64,000 nucleotides of DNA, from the NCBI GenBank assembly GCA_043228905.1, contig JBHGNT010000005.1, positions 13,082,001 through 13,146,000 on the forward strand, in the 5' to 3' direction. Under the pieces are notes generated by a model. That model was not told where the DNA came from and ran no database searches. It saw only the letters and a list, made by a program, of their open reading frames with translations. Position numbers and translations under genes: made by a program. The stretch is from Azolla caroliniana. Taxonomy: Eukaryota > Plantae > Polypodiophyta. This document shows, one piece after another, positions 62,523 through 64,000 of this stretch (positions within the stretch are counted from its first letter, which is position 1; every line of letters starts with the position of its first letter).

Positions 62523-64000
62523 TTAAAAATCCATTCTCACTTGGGACAAGAGTTCCCTCTTGTTCCTTTCGTGATTTGCTGGCACCGTTAGGAATTGGAC
62601 GGATTTCCCACCGTTTTGGCTCCGAATTCGCGCAAAAGCCACACCGCTATCGAGCACCTTCGTCTCCATCCGTGATGCTGTGATAAAGGGTTGGCCGAGG
62701 ATGACGGAATGTGAAACCTCATCTTGCACGAAGAAATTTTGGTCGATCTCGACATCCCCGATCTTCACCGTCACATCCGGACAAGCCTCAAATAGATCTT
62801 CCGTTGCTTTGGTGGCCGCCCGAATCTTCCATCCATGGTTGGTGTTAATAGGCCACTTCCCCTTCCGGTAGAACTCCTTGGACATCAAGTTGATCTCCGA
62901 TCCGTGATCAATCAATGCTAGCATGGGTTCTTTGATGTTGCCGATCCGGACCGGAGTCTCCGTAGTCGCGCGTGCCCAATGTGGCCTTGTATAGTGGGAG
63001 TTCGGAATTTCATCCTCCACTTCGGTGTCGTTCATTAAAACGGTGTTCGCATTCACCCTTGGAGCATTTTCCTCCGTACTTTGTCTTTTTCGCTTCACGA
63101 GATCTACGAGAAGATCGTGGAACTCCTTCTTTGCTATTCCAAGTAGCTCCCGAAGCGAGAAATCTACCCGGCTATCCAAGATTCTTTCCTCGAACACTCT
63201 TTTCAAGTCGGTTTGTTGTTCTATGTCCGAGGCGAGCTTGAATGCCGGAGTCGCCTTTTCTTTTCCCTTACCTCCGGAGTTCCAGCTTTCCGGTATCTTC
63301 GATGGCCCGGCCGCATCCTCCGTGCGTCGTCGTTTCTCGTCCACATACACCTTATGCAATTGACACAGGGCGTATACACTATTCTTGTCGACAGGGCACT
63401 CCCATCCCGTAGCTTCCCGGACGCCTTCCGCGGTGCTTCGGATCTCGTTGGAGTCGGTTTTCTCGGTGTTTTCTAGAACTTCCGGCCAAAAAGACGTCTT
63501 TGCTCTCGATGACTCCCCGACACATATTCCCGCGGTTGTCGCATAGTTGCTTCTTGCCGCCAATTCCTCCTCGAGCACCTTCTTCATGCCGCCTTTCCGG
63601 AGGTTCGGTCGGAGTGGCTTCCGAGAGTCCATCGAATGAATCCGGTTTCCCTTGTAGTAGATGAGATCCCGCCGTAGCGCCTCCTTATGCTCGTCGCAAT
63701 CCCTCCGATCCTGTTCGGCGCTATCGCACCATATGCACCGTCGGTCCATATACTTGGAGCTTGTGGGGCGGTCATCCGACTTCTTCACCATCGCGATCTT
63801 CAGATTCTCCATCTCCTTCAATAGTTGCTCCACCGTAGATGCATCAATCCCCTTCTCGGTTGTAGTCTCTCGAGCCCTCAGTTGATGGTCTTCCAATCCG
63901 GTTCTCGGTTTCGGAATCGGTTCCGAAACCCTCTTTTCCTCGTCGGCAAGCCATTGCCCCCTCTTCGTGTATCGCACGACGATATCCCGCATGCTTTCCC
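62523..64000 (-). CDS. Gag-protease of the second family B copy (5' end outside the window)
   Basis: Near-identical to 7067-9109. Confidence 0.88.
   Translation of the reverse strand, partial: ESMRDIVVRYTKRGQWLADEEKRVSEPIPKPRTGLEDHQLRARETTTEKGIDASTVEQLLKEMENLKIAMVKKSDDRPTSSKYMDRRCIWCDSAEQDRRDCDEHKEALRRDLIYYKGNRIHSMDSRKPLRPNLRKGGMKKVLEEELAARSNYATTAGICVGESSRAKTSFWPEVLENTEKTDSNEIRSTAEGVREATGWECPVDKNSVYALCQLHKVYVDEKRRRTEDAAGPSKIPESWNSGGKGKEKATPAFKLASDIEQQTDLKRVFEERILDSRVDFSLRELLGIAKKEFHDLLVDLVKRKRQSTEENAPRVNANTVLMNDTEVEDEIPNSHYTRPHWARATTETPVRIGNIKEPMLALIDHGSEINLMSKEFYRKGKWPINTNHGWKIRAATKATEDLFEACPDVTVKIGDVEIDQNFFVQDEVSHSVILGQPFITASRMETKVLDSGVAFARIRSQNGGKSVQFLTVPANHERNKRELLSQVRMDF

Larger units (their letters stand above)
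58230..64000 (-). mobile_element. Second long family B copy, running off the window
   Basis: LTR at 58230-58935; pol and gag-PR nearly identical to element B. Confidence 0.95.

Overview
This is repeat-dense eukaryotic DNA, most likely from a land plant (plant tRNA-Trp and iMet primer-binding sites, GT-AG introns, (AG)n tracts); the species cannot be determined. Most of the window is nested, largely degenerate LTR retrotransposons: several Ty3/Gypsy families including a structurally complete 7.1-kb copy, Ty1/Copia fragments, chromovirus-like gag/RT remnants and a LINE 3' fragment. No ordinary host gene was found. The standout is an ~8.75-kb insert (27500-36250) inside a Gypsy pol gene, with three parts. 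(1) A Sola-like DDE/D transposase on the - strand, with a putative C-terminal Tudor/SH3-like domain. (2) A divergently transcribed six-exon gene encoding a ParB/Srx-like domain fused to a prokaryote-type beta-class N6-adenine/N4-cytosine DNA methyltransferase. (3) A 51-bp-period array of 25-bp palindromes (GAACTCGATACG-S-CGTATCGAGTTC) in intron 1 of that gene. Together these suggest a DNA transposon carrying its own amino-methyltransferase and candidate binding or target sites; this copy has a few disabling lesions. Secondary findings include a conserved -1 frameshift heptamer with a covarying pseudoknot in three Gypsy subfamilies, CG-centred 4-bp target sites, and tRNA-like modules in LTRs. 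All family assignments come from motif recognition by eye, not from database searches.
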